A DNA stretch of 64,000 bases from an uncultured virus (IMG/VR IMGVR_UViG_3300030099_006786) (taxonomy: Duplodnaviria; Heunggongvirae; Uroviricota; Caudoviricetes). Position numbers and translations under genes: made by a program. This document shows, piece by piece, positions 1 to 9,990 of this stretch. Where the stretch lies: the IMG/VR virus record IMGVR_UViG_3300030099_006786. The stretch is one strand, 5' to 3'. Each line of letters starts with the position of its first letter. Positions within the stretch are counted from its first letter, which is position 1. The notes under the pieces are model-generated. The model saw only the letters and a list, made by a program, of their open reading frames with translations, was not told the DNA's origin and ran no database searches.

Positions 1-297
1 CTTTTGATTAATCGCTTTTTGAAGACGATGATTCCCATCCAGAACATATTTGTATTGGCCACCGCTCTTGACAACGATAATTGGAAACTCTAAATTTGCT
101 GCAGCAATTCTTTCGGCTCCCTGTGTTGGCAAAGATGGTAATTGTTGCGAGAGTTCTAAAACATCAATATCAACAACCGCATCTTCTAAATAATCAAGCA
201 CATCTCCGATTGTAACCTTTTCATCATCATTTTCCCACGATGTGGCGCGCCAATCTTCTGTGATATACTCTCGCCAATTTTCAAGTAGGAGTTTCAT
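1..297 (-). CDS. ParB/Srx-like N-terminal domain protein (3' end outside window)
   Basis: Hand translation MKLLLENWREYITE...FPIIVVKSGGQYKYVLDGNHRLQKA; DGNHRL ParB-type motif; ATGA overlap with ferredoxin stop. Confidence 0.75.
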   Translation of the reverse strand, partial: MKLLLENWREYITEDWRATSWENDDEKVTIGDVLDYLEDAVVDIDVLELSQQLPSLPTQGAERIAAANLEFPIIVVKSGGQYKYVLDGNHRLQKAINQK

Positions 298-527
298 TCT
301 CCGTCATCTCCTATAGCTTCCACAGGGCATTGTTCCATTGCATCATAACACTCATCTAATTCTTCATCATTTTCAGGCTGCTTATATACATAGTCATGAC
401 AGCCACTATTACTTATGGCAAAATTGTTTGGAGCAGCCTGTATACATACATTACAAAAAATACATGCCTCATCAACGTAGAATTTTCCCGGTACATTATC
501 TTCAAACTTATCTTCTTTAATAGCCAT
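294..527 (-). CDS. Ferredoxin (single-cluster 4Fe-4S/3Fe-4S type)
   Basis: CIFCNVC...CPVEAI cysteine pattern, 77 aa acidic. Confidence 0.9.
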   Translation of the reverse strand: MAIKEDKFEDNVPGKFYVDEACIFCNVCIQAAPNNFAISNSGCHDYVYKQPENDEELDECYDAMEQCPVEAIGDDGE

Positions 528-1480
528 TACTCAAGTAAATAGGATAGGATAAGCGGTAATACTATTGTAGCATCAGATTGTATTGCAAATCTAGGTGTTT
601 GACTAGAAATCTTATCCCATGTAATTTTTTCATTCGGTGGTGCACCAGAATATCCACCATACGATGCAGGCGCATCACCAATTTGGCAAAAGTAGCCCCA
701 ATGTGGTACATCTTTATTCTCATCTTGTCGCAGTGACGGTACAACACATATTGGCCAATCTCCAGCAATTCCACCCCCAACTTGTAAAAAAGCTGGACCA
801 TTAGATACATTGCTTGTGTTATTTTCGTACCAGCTTGCTAGCAACTCAAATTGTTCTGCATCACTTATTACTGAATGATATCCGTGCTTTACTTCTCCTT
901 TTTTTACGCTAGCTGTAAACATATTTCCAGTAGTGCTGTCACTCCATCCGGGTACAAACACGGGAATATCTGCTTTGTGTGCGGCCCATACCCAAGATTC
1001 GTTCAGCCTTGGAGTCACTGTTTCGCTTTCTACAATTTTGTTCAAAGCTCTTCGCATATGTTCGTAGGGGGAGAGTTTAAATTCTGAATTCCAAGATTCT
1101 AATAAGATTTTCCATACATGACGCATTACATCTTCCGGTATACATGTATCAGTAACACGATTCCAGCCCGATTTAACAAGAAATTCTTCATCTCCATCGG
1201 ATAAACTTCTCCAATAAACTTTTTTGTATCTATGCCCTTCGATAGCATTAAATACATCTTCTTCTAAATTTGCCCCAGTGCAACATATAGCACCAATTAA
1301 TCCTTTTTCAATAGCTGGGGCTAGCAATCTTCCTATTCTGGCAGTACTCATGGCACCCGACAAAGTTAAAAATATTTTATTTTTAAACTTTAATTGTTTT
1401 TCTAGTGTTTCTACCGCTCGATTTAGCTCTCCAGCATTAAAATGTAGATAATTTTCTTTAATAAATTTTTTTATACTCAT
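527..1480 (-). CDS. Deoxyhypusine synthase-like protein (bacterial type)
   Basis: GAMSTA, TGANLEED, NRVTD, GGYSGAPPNEKITWDK (catalytic Lys position), SDATIVLP. Confidence 0.9.
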   Translation of the reverse strand: MSIKKFIKENYLHFNAGELNRAVETLEKQLKFKNKIFLTLSGAMSTARIGRLLAPAIEKGLIGAICCTGANLEEDVFNAIEGHRYKKVYWRSLSDGDEEFLVKSGWNRVTDTCIPEDVMRHVWKILLESWNSEFKLSPYEHMRRALNKIVESETVTPRLNESWVWAAHKADIPVFVPGWSDSTTGNMFTASVKKGEVKHGYHSVISDAEQFELLASWYENNTSNVSNGPAFLQVGGGIAGDWPICVVPSLRQDENKDVPHWGYFCQIGDAPASYGGYSGAPPNEKITWDKISSQTPRFAIQSDATIVLPLILSYLLE

Positions 1481-2049
1481 AATATCAGTTTTACTAACTC
1501 CATCACATTTTCTTTACCTGTGATTCCAGACCACCTAGATGATATGCAAAAAAACGTTATATCAAACATAGGCAAAGTATTATTAATATTATACACCTGT
1601 TTAATATTAAATTTAAGTTCAGGTAAATCAAATAACATATCTTCCGAATCACTATTTCTAAACCAAGTGTACTCTGTGACATTTTTGTTTTTTAAAAAGT
1701 AAACCCAATTTCCTTCGTCTAATTTATCAAGCGAATGCCAGCCGGGATAATAAATATCATGATGATGATCAAAATTATAAATTGACATTTTAATATTATC
1801 AGGTAGAAAATTTAATATTTCATCATGATTTTCGATAATAATGACAGGGGCATGCTTTTTAATATTATTTTTGACAACTGATTTTAATATATTTAGTTTT
1901 TCTGGGTTACACTCAGGTTTAAAAATTGTGTTGTTTTTTAAAATTGATGATTGTTCTTCATCAGAAATTCTAACGCCTTCGATAAATTCATCATAGTTTG
2001 AAATACTAGGGCTATAAGCATAATCTATATCAATAGAAAGAACATTCAT
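1477..2049 (-). CDS. UPF0489-like / ureohydrolase-fold metallohydrolase
   Basis: LSIDIDY, ENHDE, NFDHHHD, DEGNW metal-ligand-like motifs. Confidence 0.55.
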   Translation of the reverse strand: MNVLSIDIDYAYSPSISNYDEFIEGVRISDEEQSSILKNNTIFKPECNPEKLNILKSVVKNNIKKHAPVIIIENHDEILNFLPDNIKMSIYNFDHHHDIYYPGWHSLDKLDEGNWVYFLKNKNVTEYTWFRNSDSEDMLFDLPELKFNIKQVYNINNTLPMFDITFFCISSRWSGITGKENVMELVKLIL

Positions 2050-2562
2050 TTACTTTTTCTTTGATTTATTCATTCTTTGTGTTTTACGTTTTGATGCTTC
2101 TTTTCTTTTTTTAGCATAATCAAAAGACTTTTTCAATCGTGCTTTGACTTCAGGGTCTTTAGCATTTTTATATGCTGCTCTGGCACGTTGATGAATCAAA
2201 TTTATTATTTGTGACTGTCGTTTATGAGATTTTGATTTAAATGATTCTTTCGAAAGAGTATCCTTGATATCCTGAACAGTTGAAAACTTAACGGATACGG
2301 TATCACTTGGGTTCTCGTCGGTGTATAATCTTCGACCAGAACCTTTAGGCTTTTTTCCGGTACCCTTCTTCGGGTCAGCCTCATCTAGCTCTATCTCTTC
2401 ATTTTTTTTCTTTTTCTTCTTTTTCTTGACGCAATTTGGATACATCTTACCAAACATTTTTTTCATGCCTTTTTTCTCGTATCCGGGCCAACATTTTTCT
2501 AAAAGAATATTATCTAATTCTTCCATAATCATTTGTTTAAGTTTTTCTTCAGTTATATTCAT
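2050..2562 (-). CDS. Basic hypothetical protein, putative internal virion protein
   Basis: Start moved to MNITEEKLKQMIMEE (ATGA overlap); CWPGY...PNCV module; poly-Lys; GSGRRLYTDENP. Confidence 0.75.
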   Translation of the reverse strand: MNITEEKLKQMIMEELDNILLEKCWPGYEKKGMKKMFGKMYPNCVKKKKKKKKNEEIELDEADPKKGTGKKPKGSGRRLYTDENPSDTVSVKFSTVQDIKDTLSKESFKSKSHKRQSQIINLIHQRARAAYKNAKDPEVKARLKKSFDYAKKRKEASKRKTQRMNKSKKK

Positions 2563-2915
2563 TTTTTCAACCAGTATTTTACCCATGCATAGGGCTTTCT
2601 TTCTTCTAAATAGTTTTCATCTTCATCATTTTCATAGGCTTCTAATTCAAAAGGATTCAAATAATAAGCTTCATTACCACTTAGTCCAGATAGTAAGCCT
2701 TTTATATGAAAATAGCCGTACATTATCCATTGAAAAATGAACAACATTTCTAATTGTTGTTTGTAATGAATTGTTTCGTGTCGCTTAGTTCGATCTGACA
2801 TTTCGCCTCTAGAGGCAACAATGATAAAAAAACTAAATGCACCTACATCAATTGGAGCGATGTAAGAAAGCCAAATTGGAAGTTTACTATTCTCAAACAT
2901 TAAAGGCAATTTCAT
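2559..2915 (-). CDS. HExxH zincin-like small protein
   Basis: RHETIH...NPFELEAY. Confidence 0.65.
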   Translation of the reverse strand: MKLPLMFENSKLPIWLSYIAPIDVGAFSFFIIVASRGEMSDRTKRHETIHYKQQLEMLFIFQWIMYGYFHIKGLLSGLSGNEAYYLNPFELEAYENDEDENYLEERKPYAWVKYWLKK

Positions 2916-2962
2916 ATTAAGACCCATCCACACTAAAGTCTTTTATAAATAGTATATTAAAA

Positions 2963-3496
2963 TTACTTTTGTAAACCTTTTACATTATTTCCACTACGGG
3001 ACCAAACCCCGTTCATAATGTGGCCTGTAATATTAACGTCATTCCAGCCTAACGCATGACCTAACTCATGTTCGAGAATTCTAGAAGAATCATTCCAACC
3101 TTCTAAAATTTCTATTTTAACTTTTAAAATTCTTTTATCTTCTTCAGAAAACCATGTTTTTGTATTGCCTACGTGATCACTGAATTTAAAATTGTTACTT
3201 GGAATATCAATCATTATTTGACCAAATAAGGGTTCTCCCATGGCGCACTGATAATCTTGTTTGTTAGCATAATATACATTGCCAAAGCTGTAACCTAATT
3301 TTTTCCAAAAATCTAGTGCTGTATTTAATCTGGATTTAGTTATGCGACTAGAATTACAGACTATAATATGTGGTGGCGAAGCCCACTCTCTTTCTTGTTT
3401 TAAATGTTGACTAGCAATCTCATAATAATCATTAACCAATACTGGCCCTTCTGGATTTCCTGTTAACAGATAAAGATATAATAATTTTTGTATCAA
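2963..3496 (-). CDS. Matrixin (M10)-like metzincin protease
   Basis: HELGHALGWND plus Met-turn HIMN; hydrophobic N-terminus. Confidence 0.75.
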   Translation of the reverse strand: MIQKLLYLYLLTGNPEGPVLVNDYYEIASQHLKQEREWASPPHIIVCNSSRITKSRLNTALDFWKKLGYSFGNVYYANKQDYQCAMGEPLFGQIMIDIPSNNFKFSDHVGNTKTWFSEEDKRILKVKIEILEGWNDSSRILEHELGHALGWNDVNITGHIMNGVWSRSGNNVKGLQK

Positions 3497-3507
3497 AGTT
3501 AGAATCC

Positions 3508-3750
3508 TTAATTGTCATATTGTTGATCAATTTTGTCAGAAATCATATTTGTGGCTTTCAACATATCTTCGGTATCAACTTCTTTTATTATAAGGTTTTT
3601 TGTTTTCGGCTCATAATACATTCCTATTAAGTCACCTTTGGATATGTTTTTTTGTTCTTCTTCTGAAATAACAATTTTGCCACCATTTTTCTTAACCAAA
3701 ATTGTTAATAAACTAAAAAGATACTCTGGATCTTGCAAATATTTACTCAT
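3508..3750 (-). CDS. Hypothetical protein
   Basis: ORF with ATGA overlap to upstream stop. Confidence 0.7.
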   Translation of the reverse strand: MSKYLQDPEYLFSLLTILVKKNGGKIVISEEEQKNISKGDLIGMYYEPKTKNLIIKEVDTEDMLKATNMISDKIDQQYDN

Positions 3751-6170
3751 GAGTTTAAAAATCCTTTCCACGTTTTTACGAGGCTTTCATTTGTTTGCAT
3801 AAACGATGGCTGGCGAGAATTAACAAACTGAGCTAAAACTCTGTTGAACACTACCGTAAGGTTATCTTCATCGTCCATTTCACCCTCTACAAGCTCCTGA
3901 AACAATCCAGCCATAATATCGGGCTCATCAGCATTAATCGAGAATATAGCGGTAAATGCAATCTCCCCACCCTTTTCGACTGTTACGGCATTCATAGATA
4001 AGTAATATTGCGTATTCTCTTCTTTTCTTGGTGCTTCTAATAGTTGTTTTCTCAACTCAATTCTAAAGTCGCGAGAATCAACAATCTGTTTTAATACATC
4101 AATTCCCAATCCTAAATCTTCTGGATCATAGTAATGTGTGTATCGTGCTGTGGACTCGTAAGAATCGTAATAATCTCCATCAGTTTCTAAGTCCCACTCA
4201 TAAGAAGTAAGCTCTCTATCTTCAATTGCTACGGCTAGTCTCATATACTTTCCGCCTTCCATTTGTCCGTTTTTCTTAAAATATTCAGTAAGAACTTCTT
4301 CGAAAGCATCTCTTCTATCATCAATTATACTATCAATCTTCTGACACGCTTCTTCGAATTGCTCAGGGAAAGAAAAGTATGAATCGCCAGCAATTTCAGG
4401 ATGCTCAAAATTGATTTGAATGGTTAAATGTATTTCTTCGCGAACCTTGCGAATTACAGGAGTATCGTCCTTCGAGGGCACGAAAATGGTACCAAATCTT
4501 TCATTTAAGTCATCAACAGAGTCCCACACAACTTCTTCTGCGTTACTAGGCAATCTTTTCCACTCATCAATTGGCCATTTTGCAATAAATGCCGCATAAG
4601 GTTTAATATAAGCACCATCAGCACCATCATCGCCTACTTCAAAATCTACATATGTCTGAGCCATACGATCATTATATTCTCGCTGTATGTTTTCACATTG
4701 TCCATCATAGGAACGGACAACATCGCCAATTAAATCAGCATCAAGGGCGTCTTCGGTATCTGTGTTTTGTTTCATATTACCGCTAACGCGCTGACCCACT
4801 AACATCCTCATTAACTCCGCACGACCCGATGCATTTGCAGTATCTTCATACGAACCGCCAAAAATCATAAATTTGCTTAAATCAATTTTGCCATCTTGTT
4901 TTGGCATATTTGCGATGACTTCTTCTTGACTTGATCTCGCCCAGTTAGTAACTTGGTTGGCTAAACCGGGAATATCTGCGCCATATACACGTTTTTCAGG
5001 CATTCCAACGTCTTGTCCGTCATCATAACGCTTTGGAGGTTCATCACCTTCGTAATATCTAACATGACGAACACGAATTCTAGAAACTGGCTCAATATCG
5101 CCGCTAAATGGGCGCTTATCGTCTAAAAACACCTCACCTTCTTGAATTTCTTGCTCAGCACTGTCTATATTGCTCGTATTAGTGGCGCTCAGAAGGTCTT
5201 CAGTCTCAACCACGTATGCTACCGCTCCATGGCCCTGAGCCTCGGCTACAGCGCATTTATAGTACGATTGATAGGCACCTTGACGACTAGGTGGGGTGTG
5301 ACAAGAGGTAATTTCGTCAAAATCGCTCATTCTGAGCACATCTATGGGATGCCGAGTGATAATAATGGAAAATTTGTCATTATCGATGTTATTTATCTCT
5401 TTTTTGATGTATCCGGCGTTCTTTTTCCAATATTCGCCGTATTCAGTCGCTAAATCAGTCATATTATAGCCGGCAGGCCCCGCAACTCCCGGATTTACGA
5501 CATATAAGTAAATTTGATTGTTAATTCTCTTAAAATTCTCATATTCTTTCTCATCGAGCGCTGCTTTTAGCATTTTTCCGGTAACTCGGCTTGGCGTATC
5601 AATACCCCTGCCATCTGATAGCTTATAGTTAACATCATCCATATGTTTGTAGACTTTTTGGTATATTTCGTCTTTTCTTCGGCTTAAATCAGCTAATTTA
5701 GAGAAAAGTTTGCCGATTTTCATCTGAATCTTCTTAGTTTTCTTCTTTGGTTCAGGTCCACCCATTAAAGTATCAAGAAAATCGTCTGATGTGCGCAGAT
5801 CACGCTCGGCATACACCATACCTTTATCCCAATCTACTTCATATTCTTGAGATCTGAAGAATTCTGTGAATTTTCCAAGTTCTGTTGAGAGGTCAATGGT
5901 CGGAAATGGTATGACAACACGCATTTTACCGCTAAAAAGGTCATTTAAAGGCAAATTTGCAGGATCAAGGTCATCTAATACGTCTTCAAGCACTCGCATC
6001 TCGTCTTCGGTGACTTCTCGGAGTACTTTTTCATTAACAGGGACACAATTTGGCACCATTCGGTCACCTTTTTTCTTTAAACCAGCCTGCTTATAACCGT
6101 CCCAACATTTTTCTTGCAAAATATCCAATAATTCAATAGTTTTATTGAGAATTTGTTCATCTGTGGCCAT
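3747..6170 (-). CDS. Large acidic hypothetical protein, putative virion protein
   Basis: 807-aa ORF; CWDGY...PNCV module after LQE; TRHPIDVLRMSDF..SCH block. Confidence 0.8.
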   Translation of the reverse strand: MATDEQILNKTIELLDILQEKCWDGYKQAGLKKKGDRMVPNCVPVNEKVLREVTEDEMRVLEDVLDDLDPANLPLNDLFSGKMRVVIPFPTIDLSTELGKFTEFFRSQEYEVDWDKGMVYAERDLRTSDDFLDTLMGGPEPKKKTKKIQMKIGKLFSKLADLSRRKDEIYQKVYKHMDDVNYKLSDGRGIDTPSRVTGKMLKAALDEKEYENFKRINNQIYLYVVNPGVAGPAGYNMTDLATEYGEYWKKNAGYIKKEINNIDNDKFSIIITRHPIDVLRMSDFDEITSCHTPPSRQGAYQSYYKCAVAEAQGHGAVAYVVETEDLLSATNTSNIDSAEQEIQEGEVFLDDKRPFSGDIEPVSRIRVRHVRYYEGDEPPKRYDDGQDVGMPEKRVYGADIPGLANQVTNWARSSQEEVIANMPKQDGKIDLSKFMIFGGSYEDTANASGRAELMRMLVGQRVSGNMKQNTDTEDALDADLIGDVVRSYDGQCENIQREYNDRMAQTYVDFEVGDDGADGAYIKPYAAFIAKWPIDEWKRLPSNAEEVVWDSVDDLNERFGTIFVPSKDDTPVIRKVREEIHLTIQINFEHPEIAGDSYFSFPEQFEEACQKIDSIIDDRRDAFEEVLTEYFKKNGQMEGGKYMRLAVAIEDRELTSYEWDLETDGDYYDSYESTARYTHYYDPEDLGLGIDVLKQIVDSRDFRIELRKQLLEAPRKEENTQYYLSMNAVTVEKGGEIAFTAIFSINADEPDIMAGLFQELVEGEMDDEDNLTVVFNRVLAQFVNSRQPSFMQTNESLVKTWKGFLNS

Positions 6171-6173
6171 ATT

Positions 6174-7427
6174 TTACTTGCCTTTACGTGAATATTTGCC
6201 TGAACATTTCCATTTTTGACGCGAAAGACACAAAGGGGTTCCTCTATCTTTACCTGAGCAATCTTTTCCATGTGATTTCATATCGCCATAAGATCTGGCG
6301 CAGTATGCATTGCCTTTTCCAGTGCCGGGCTTAATTCTGGCACCACCACCCTTCGCTTTACCAGCTTGGCCATAAGAAACACACTTTCCTTTTACTCTAC
6401 GAGCAAACTTTTTGCCTTTTGATGGTTTACATGCTTTCTTTTTCTTAGCTTCTTCTAATTCTTCGTCTTCATCAATTAATCCGTAATACAAAGATTCTTC
6501 AAGATATTTTTCAGTTTCTTCATTTGTAAATTGAATTATTTTAACGTTGTCTTTACCATAAGTTTTACAAGGATCTTGTCCGCAGCCACAGTTCATAGCC
6601 TCAGAAACAGACTTTTCATTGCTTGATTTACTATTATTTGATTCAGAAACAATTTTATCAATTTTATCAGCCTGCCCTGCATGCATTTTGGAGGCCATTT
6701 TCAATTGATCTGCTATATCTTCAAGGGTTTTTTCGTCTTTTTTAGAGTGTGATTCTTCTAATTCATCATTTGGAGAACGATCTATGATATCTTCAAGCTC
6801 TTTTGCTTGTCCGGCATGTAATTCAGATGATGCTCTGAGCTTTTTAGACATTCTTTTGAGAGTTTTTTCGTCTGCTGCTGTGTGAGACTCACCTAAAACT
6901 TCGATGATTTCGTTTTCAATTGTAATATCAAGCTCTTCTTTCTTAGAATTACCCCAATTTTTAGCACCAACCTTGCGACACTTGACTAATGCACCTGATG
7001 CATATGCACTGGGCCATACTTTATAGCGTGATTTTACTTTGTGATAGCAAGCATCTTTCTTGCCTTCCTTCTCATTCATGACAGCTTCAAGTTCTTCGCG
7101 AACAATTTGTTCTAAATCCATAGAAATTTCCTCATTTTTTCTTTTTTTAGCTTTTTTACCCCAAGATTTTCCTTTTCCGCGCTCTTTACAAGCACCGGGT
7201 GTGGGCCTACAAGCTGGATACTTCTTGCGTTTTTCTTTTCCTGAACGACCACAAGACTTATAACCACCTTTTCCGTCTGGAGCATTGCAATCAACCCAAC
7301 CCTTCTTCTTACCTTTAGCGCCTTTTCTTCCAAACCAATCTCTCAAAGAAGATTCTTTGCTAGATTCACTGCCGGCTTTCTTACGTTTGCTTTTTTTCTC
7401 ATCTAAATCTTCGTATAAATCACGCAT
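6174..7427 (-). CDS. Modular basic Cys-rich protein (DUF5872-like segments), putative internal virion protein
   Basis: SLRDWF...YPACRP, KVWPSAYASGALVKCR, YCARS...KWKC modules; two ESH...HAGQA repeats. Confidence 0.75.
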   Translation of the reverse strand: MRDLYEDLDEKKSKRKKAGSESSKESSLRDWFGRKGAKGKKKGWVDCNAPDGKGGYKSCGRSGKEKRKKYPACRPTPGACKERGKGKSWGKKAKKRKNEEISMDLEQIVREELEAVMNEKEGKKDACYHKVKSRYKVWPSAYASGALVKCRKVGAKNWGNSKKEELDITIENEIIEVLGESHTAADEKTLKRMSKKLRASSELHAGQAKELEDIIDRSPNDELEESHSKKDEKTLEDIADQLKMASKMHAGQADKIDKIVSESNNSKSSNEKSVSEAMNCGCGQDPCKTYGKDNVKIIQFTNEETEKYLEESLYYGLIDEDEELEEAKKKKACKPSKGKKFARRVKGKCVSYGQAGKAKGGGARIKPGTGKGNAYCARSYGDMKSHGKDCSGKDRGTPLCLSRQKWKCSGKYSRKGK

Positions 7428-7878
7428 TTTTGTCAAATCCTGTAAATTTTAAAGCTTTCTCCAATAAATAGATCGGAATCTCGCTATTTTCTAAGTCTTT
7501 TACTTCATTAATTGTAAGCCACTTGAAGTCATCGTGCTCTATAATGCCACTTTCTGGATTTGGTATCAATACATCAACTTCGCCAGTCCACTTTCTAGTA
7601 AGAAAATAATATTTTTTATTTTTTGGCTCTCCAAGATAAATTAAATCAGTTTTATTACATTTTAAGCCAGTTTCTTCTTCTAATTCTCTTAGGGCGCCAT
7701 CTTCAATTGAGTTATCATCATCATCAATGTGGCCACCGGGAATAGTCCATTGCCCAGCTCTATGATCTGACTTAGATCTTCTAATAATAAGAAATTGTTG
7801 CTTATCATTAAGACAAACAACAATTCCAGCAGCTTTATTTTCACCTTCATGAAGAAATTTATTCCATGAATGTTTCAT
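7420..7878 (-). CDS. NUDIX hydrolase
   Basis: PGGHID...GALRELEEETGL Nudix box. Confidence 0.92.
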   Translation of the reverse strand: MKHSWNKFLHEGENKAAGIVVCLNDKQQFLIIRRSKSDHRAGQWTIPGGHIDDDDNSIEDGALRELEEETGLKCNKTDLIYLGEPKNKKYYFLTRKWTGEVDVLIPNPESGIIEHDDFKWLTINEVKDLENSEIPIYLLEKALKFTGFDKNA

Positions 7879-8606
7879 TTGCAGGCTCTTGGTATTTTTC
7901 CTTTAAAACCATTACAGAATGGCTTTATGGCTTTTTCTATATTTAATTGCTCAATTGGCACAACCCAGATCATATTTTCTTGAACTTGAACATTTGGTGC
8001 ATACTCAACATCAACACCGTATAATATACCAACAATCTGACCTTTTAAATTATAAATCACTGAGCCCGAACAGCCAAACCATCCATAAGTTTGAAGTATG
8101 ATATGCTTGTCTCCTATTCTGCCAGAATTTTCATAACCTGCAACTCTACCATTGAATGACATTAATTTATGGCTTGAGGGAAATCCAGAATAAAATATTT
8201 CTGTTCCTATACCGGCTATATTATCTAGAGGATTATATTTCATTGGTTCAATTGTGAAAAATTCCATACTAAAGTATAACACAGCAATATCATCTACTGC
8301 ATCTGAATAAATTAAAGTTGCCATTCTAGATTCACTACCATGAGATACTAGATAATTTGTACCTAATACGCCGTCAGTAACATGTTGAGCAGTAATTATT
8401 AAATTTAAATCCTTATAAATTATATATGAACCAGAACCGTGGCCACCTGTAAATGGTTTTGTTACTTTCACCGCGGCCCCGCGAATCTTTTTTTCTACAC
8501 TATTCATTGAGCTGTTAACATTTTCTACCGGCTTCTTGATATCTTTAACATCGGCAACGCTGGGCACGCTCAATAAAAACCCAAGCAATAAAATAATATA
8601 TTTCAC
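7875..8606 (-). CDS. Trypsin-like serine protease with signal peptide
   Basis: TAQH, DIA, GCSGS triad motifs. Confidence 0.85.
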   Translation of the reverse strand: MKYIILLLGFLLSVPSVADVKDIKKPVENVNSSMNSVEKKIRGAAVKVTKPFTGGHGSGSYIIYKDLNLIITAQHVTDGVLGTNYLVSHGSESRMATLIYSDAVDDIAVLYFSMEFFTIEPMKYNPLDNIAGIGTEIFYSGFPSSHKLMSFNGRVAGYENSGRIGDKHIILQTYGWFGCSGSVIYNLKGQIVGILYGVDVEYAPNVQVQENMIWVVPIEQLNIEKAIKPFCNGFKGKIPRACK

Positions 8607-8649
8607 CTAATAACCCTCCGAGTGTAATTAGGCATCTTATAAGTTAAAA

Positions 8650-8811
8650 TCATTGAGGTCTAATAAAATGAACAAGAAGTAGTAAAATGTTTACTATACT
8701 TAAAATTTGTAAGCTCATGAGATTTTCAAAAGTCGCGAATCCAAACATAAAAACGTTTATTACAATTCCCCACATACATAAAGTGTTTAGGATTTTTGAA
8801 AAGCGTTTCAT
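8650..8811 (-). CDS. Small two-TM membrane protein (53 aa)
   Basis: Hand translation MKRFSKILNTLCMWGIVINVFMFGF...LLLLVHFIRPQ. Confidence 0.55.
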   Translation of the reverse strand: MKRFSKILNTLCMWGIVINVFMFGFATFENLMSLQILSIVNILLLLVHFIRPQ

Positions 8812-8826
8812 GGGTTCCCCCTATTA

Positions 8827-9093
8827 TTATATAGGGACACCAACTTTTGATAGTAGTTCTACACAGTTAATTTCATACTCAACGACTCTGCAGTTTTCAA
8901 AAACGTAAACGGGGATATAAAGAAAAAGTAATTCTTGGTCACAGTGTGGGCGCCTCGAAATCATGCCTAGTTTTTTGTTCTCGCGCTCGCGGGCCCCGGG
9001 ATATACCCAGACAAGGTCCCCAAGGTCAAAGCCAGTCAGCCAGCTAGCAGCAGGGGTTTTTATTTCCACAAATCGCGATTTTTTTTCTTCCAT
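8827..9093 (-). CDS. VGDLV-family small SH3/KOW-like protein
   Basis: FDLGDLVWV...LGMI. Confidence 0.65.
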   Translation of the reverse strand: MEEKKSRFVEIKTPAASWLTGFDLGDLVWVYPGARERENKKLGMISRRPHCDQELLFLYIPVYVFENCRVVEYEINCVELLSKVGVPI

Positions 9094-9122
9094 TTTTTTC
9101 CTAAATTTTTTCCTAAATTTTT

Positions 9123-9404
9123 TTATTCGCTAGACAAATAATCGGATTCGAAATACTCACCGTCTTTACTATATAACTCAACGGTACCCACAACGACAGA
9201 TAATTTTAAGCTTTCTTCTTCTAAAAATTCAGGACATAGAGTATCCGCTTCGTCGTTTTGTTTAAACCAATTAATTTCCCAAATGTATATATCGTCTTCG
9301 ACAATATCGATAAATCGCTTACGTCTAACTAAAAAACCACTAGCTTGAAGAGTATGGTCAATTATCATATCCCCAGCATTAAATTTAACATGTTGGGCTT
9401 GCAT
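9123..9404 (-). CDS. VGDLV-family small protein (divergent)
   Basis: FNAGDMII...GFLV...WEINW; start uncertain. Confidence 0.6.
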   Translation of the reverse strand: MQAQHVKFNAGDMIIDHTLQASGFLVRRKRFIDIVEDDIYIWEINWFKQNDEADTLCPEFLEEESLKLSVVVGTVELYSKDGEYFESDYLSSE

Positions 9405-9417
9405 ATGCAAGTTTTTT

Positions 9418-9711
9418 TCAAATATCGACATCTTCGGGATCCTTATCGACAACAACCCAACGGCCACTATTCAATAGACCCAAAATTCCAAACTCAGTAA
9501 ATGGTGTGTTTCTATTTTGTATATTTGTCGATGGTCCCGTCCACATCATGTTCCAAGCCCATATTGGCAACTCTTCATCACGCCATACTTCCATAACGTT
9601 ATAGCGGCTTACAAATATGCCCACATCACCACTAATGACGTCTTGGACCATAATACCAATACTTAAATCAGATTCGCCCCAAACGAAATATTTACCATCT
9701 TTGCCCATCAA
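9418..9711 (-). CDS. VGDLV-family small protein (divergent)
   Basis: LSIGIMV..VGIFV...WNMMW. Confidence 0.6.
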   Translation of the reverse strand: MMGKDGKYFVWGESDLSIGIMVQDVISGDVGIFVSRYNVMEVWRDEELPIWAWNMMWTGPSTNIQNRNTPFTEFGILGLLNSGRWVVVDKDPEDVDI

Positions 9712-9724
9712 TGTAATTAGCTTT

Positions 9725-9976
9725 TTACAAGCTTATAGGCTTATGTTGTTTACTTTGTTGTAGACATGCGCGCACAATATTATCACTATTTTGCACAGTG
9801 TCGTCGGAAGCTTCAACAATTTCGCACCTTTTAATTGGCTTTAAAAATTCAGTTTTCGACTTCATGGTGGAAATATACAATTCTTCTACCGAAGGATTGA
9901 TTGTTGGCTTACTTTCGACTAAATCAACTAACTTTACACACGACAAACAAATGAATACACCATATAAGTAATACAT
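9725..9976 (-). CDS. Hypothetical protein, possible lipoprotein
   Basis: Hydrophobic N-terminus ending LSC. Confidence 0.5.
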   Translation of the reverse strand: MYYLYGVFICLSCVKLVDLVESKPTINPSVEELYISTMKSKTEFLKPIKRCEIVEASDDTVQNSDNIVRACLQQSKQHKPISL

Positions 9977-9990
9977 ATGAATAACCTTAT

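Noticed and set aside
527..1480. Eukaryotic giant virus or cellular chromosome origin suggested by DHS, GroEL, DnaE
   Set aside because: Shine-Dalgarno sites, sigma70 promoters, endolysin, phage-type helicase and MTase, and dense single-strand small ORFs indicate a bacteriophage
9085..9123. TTTTTCCTAAA duplication as a functional repeat
   Set aside because: Only two short low-complexity copies; could relate to the A-tract boundary patches but is unsupported alone
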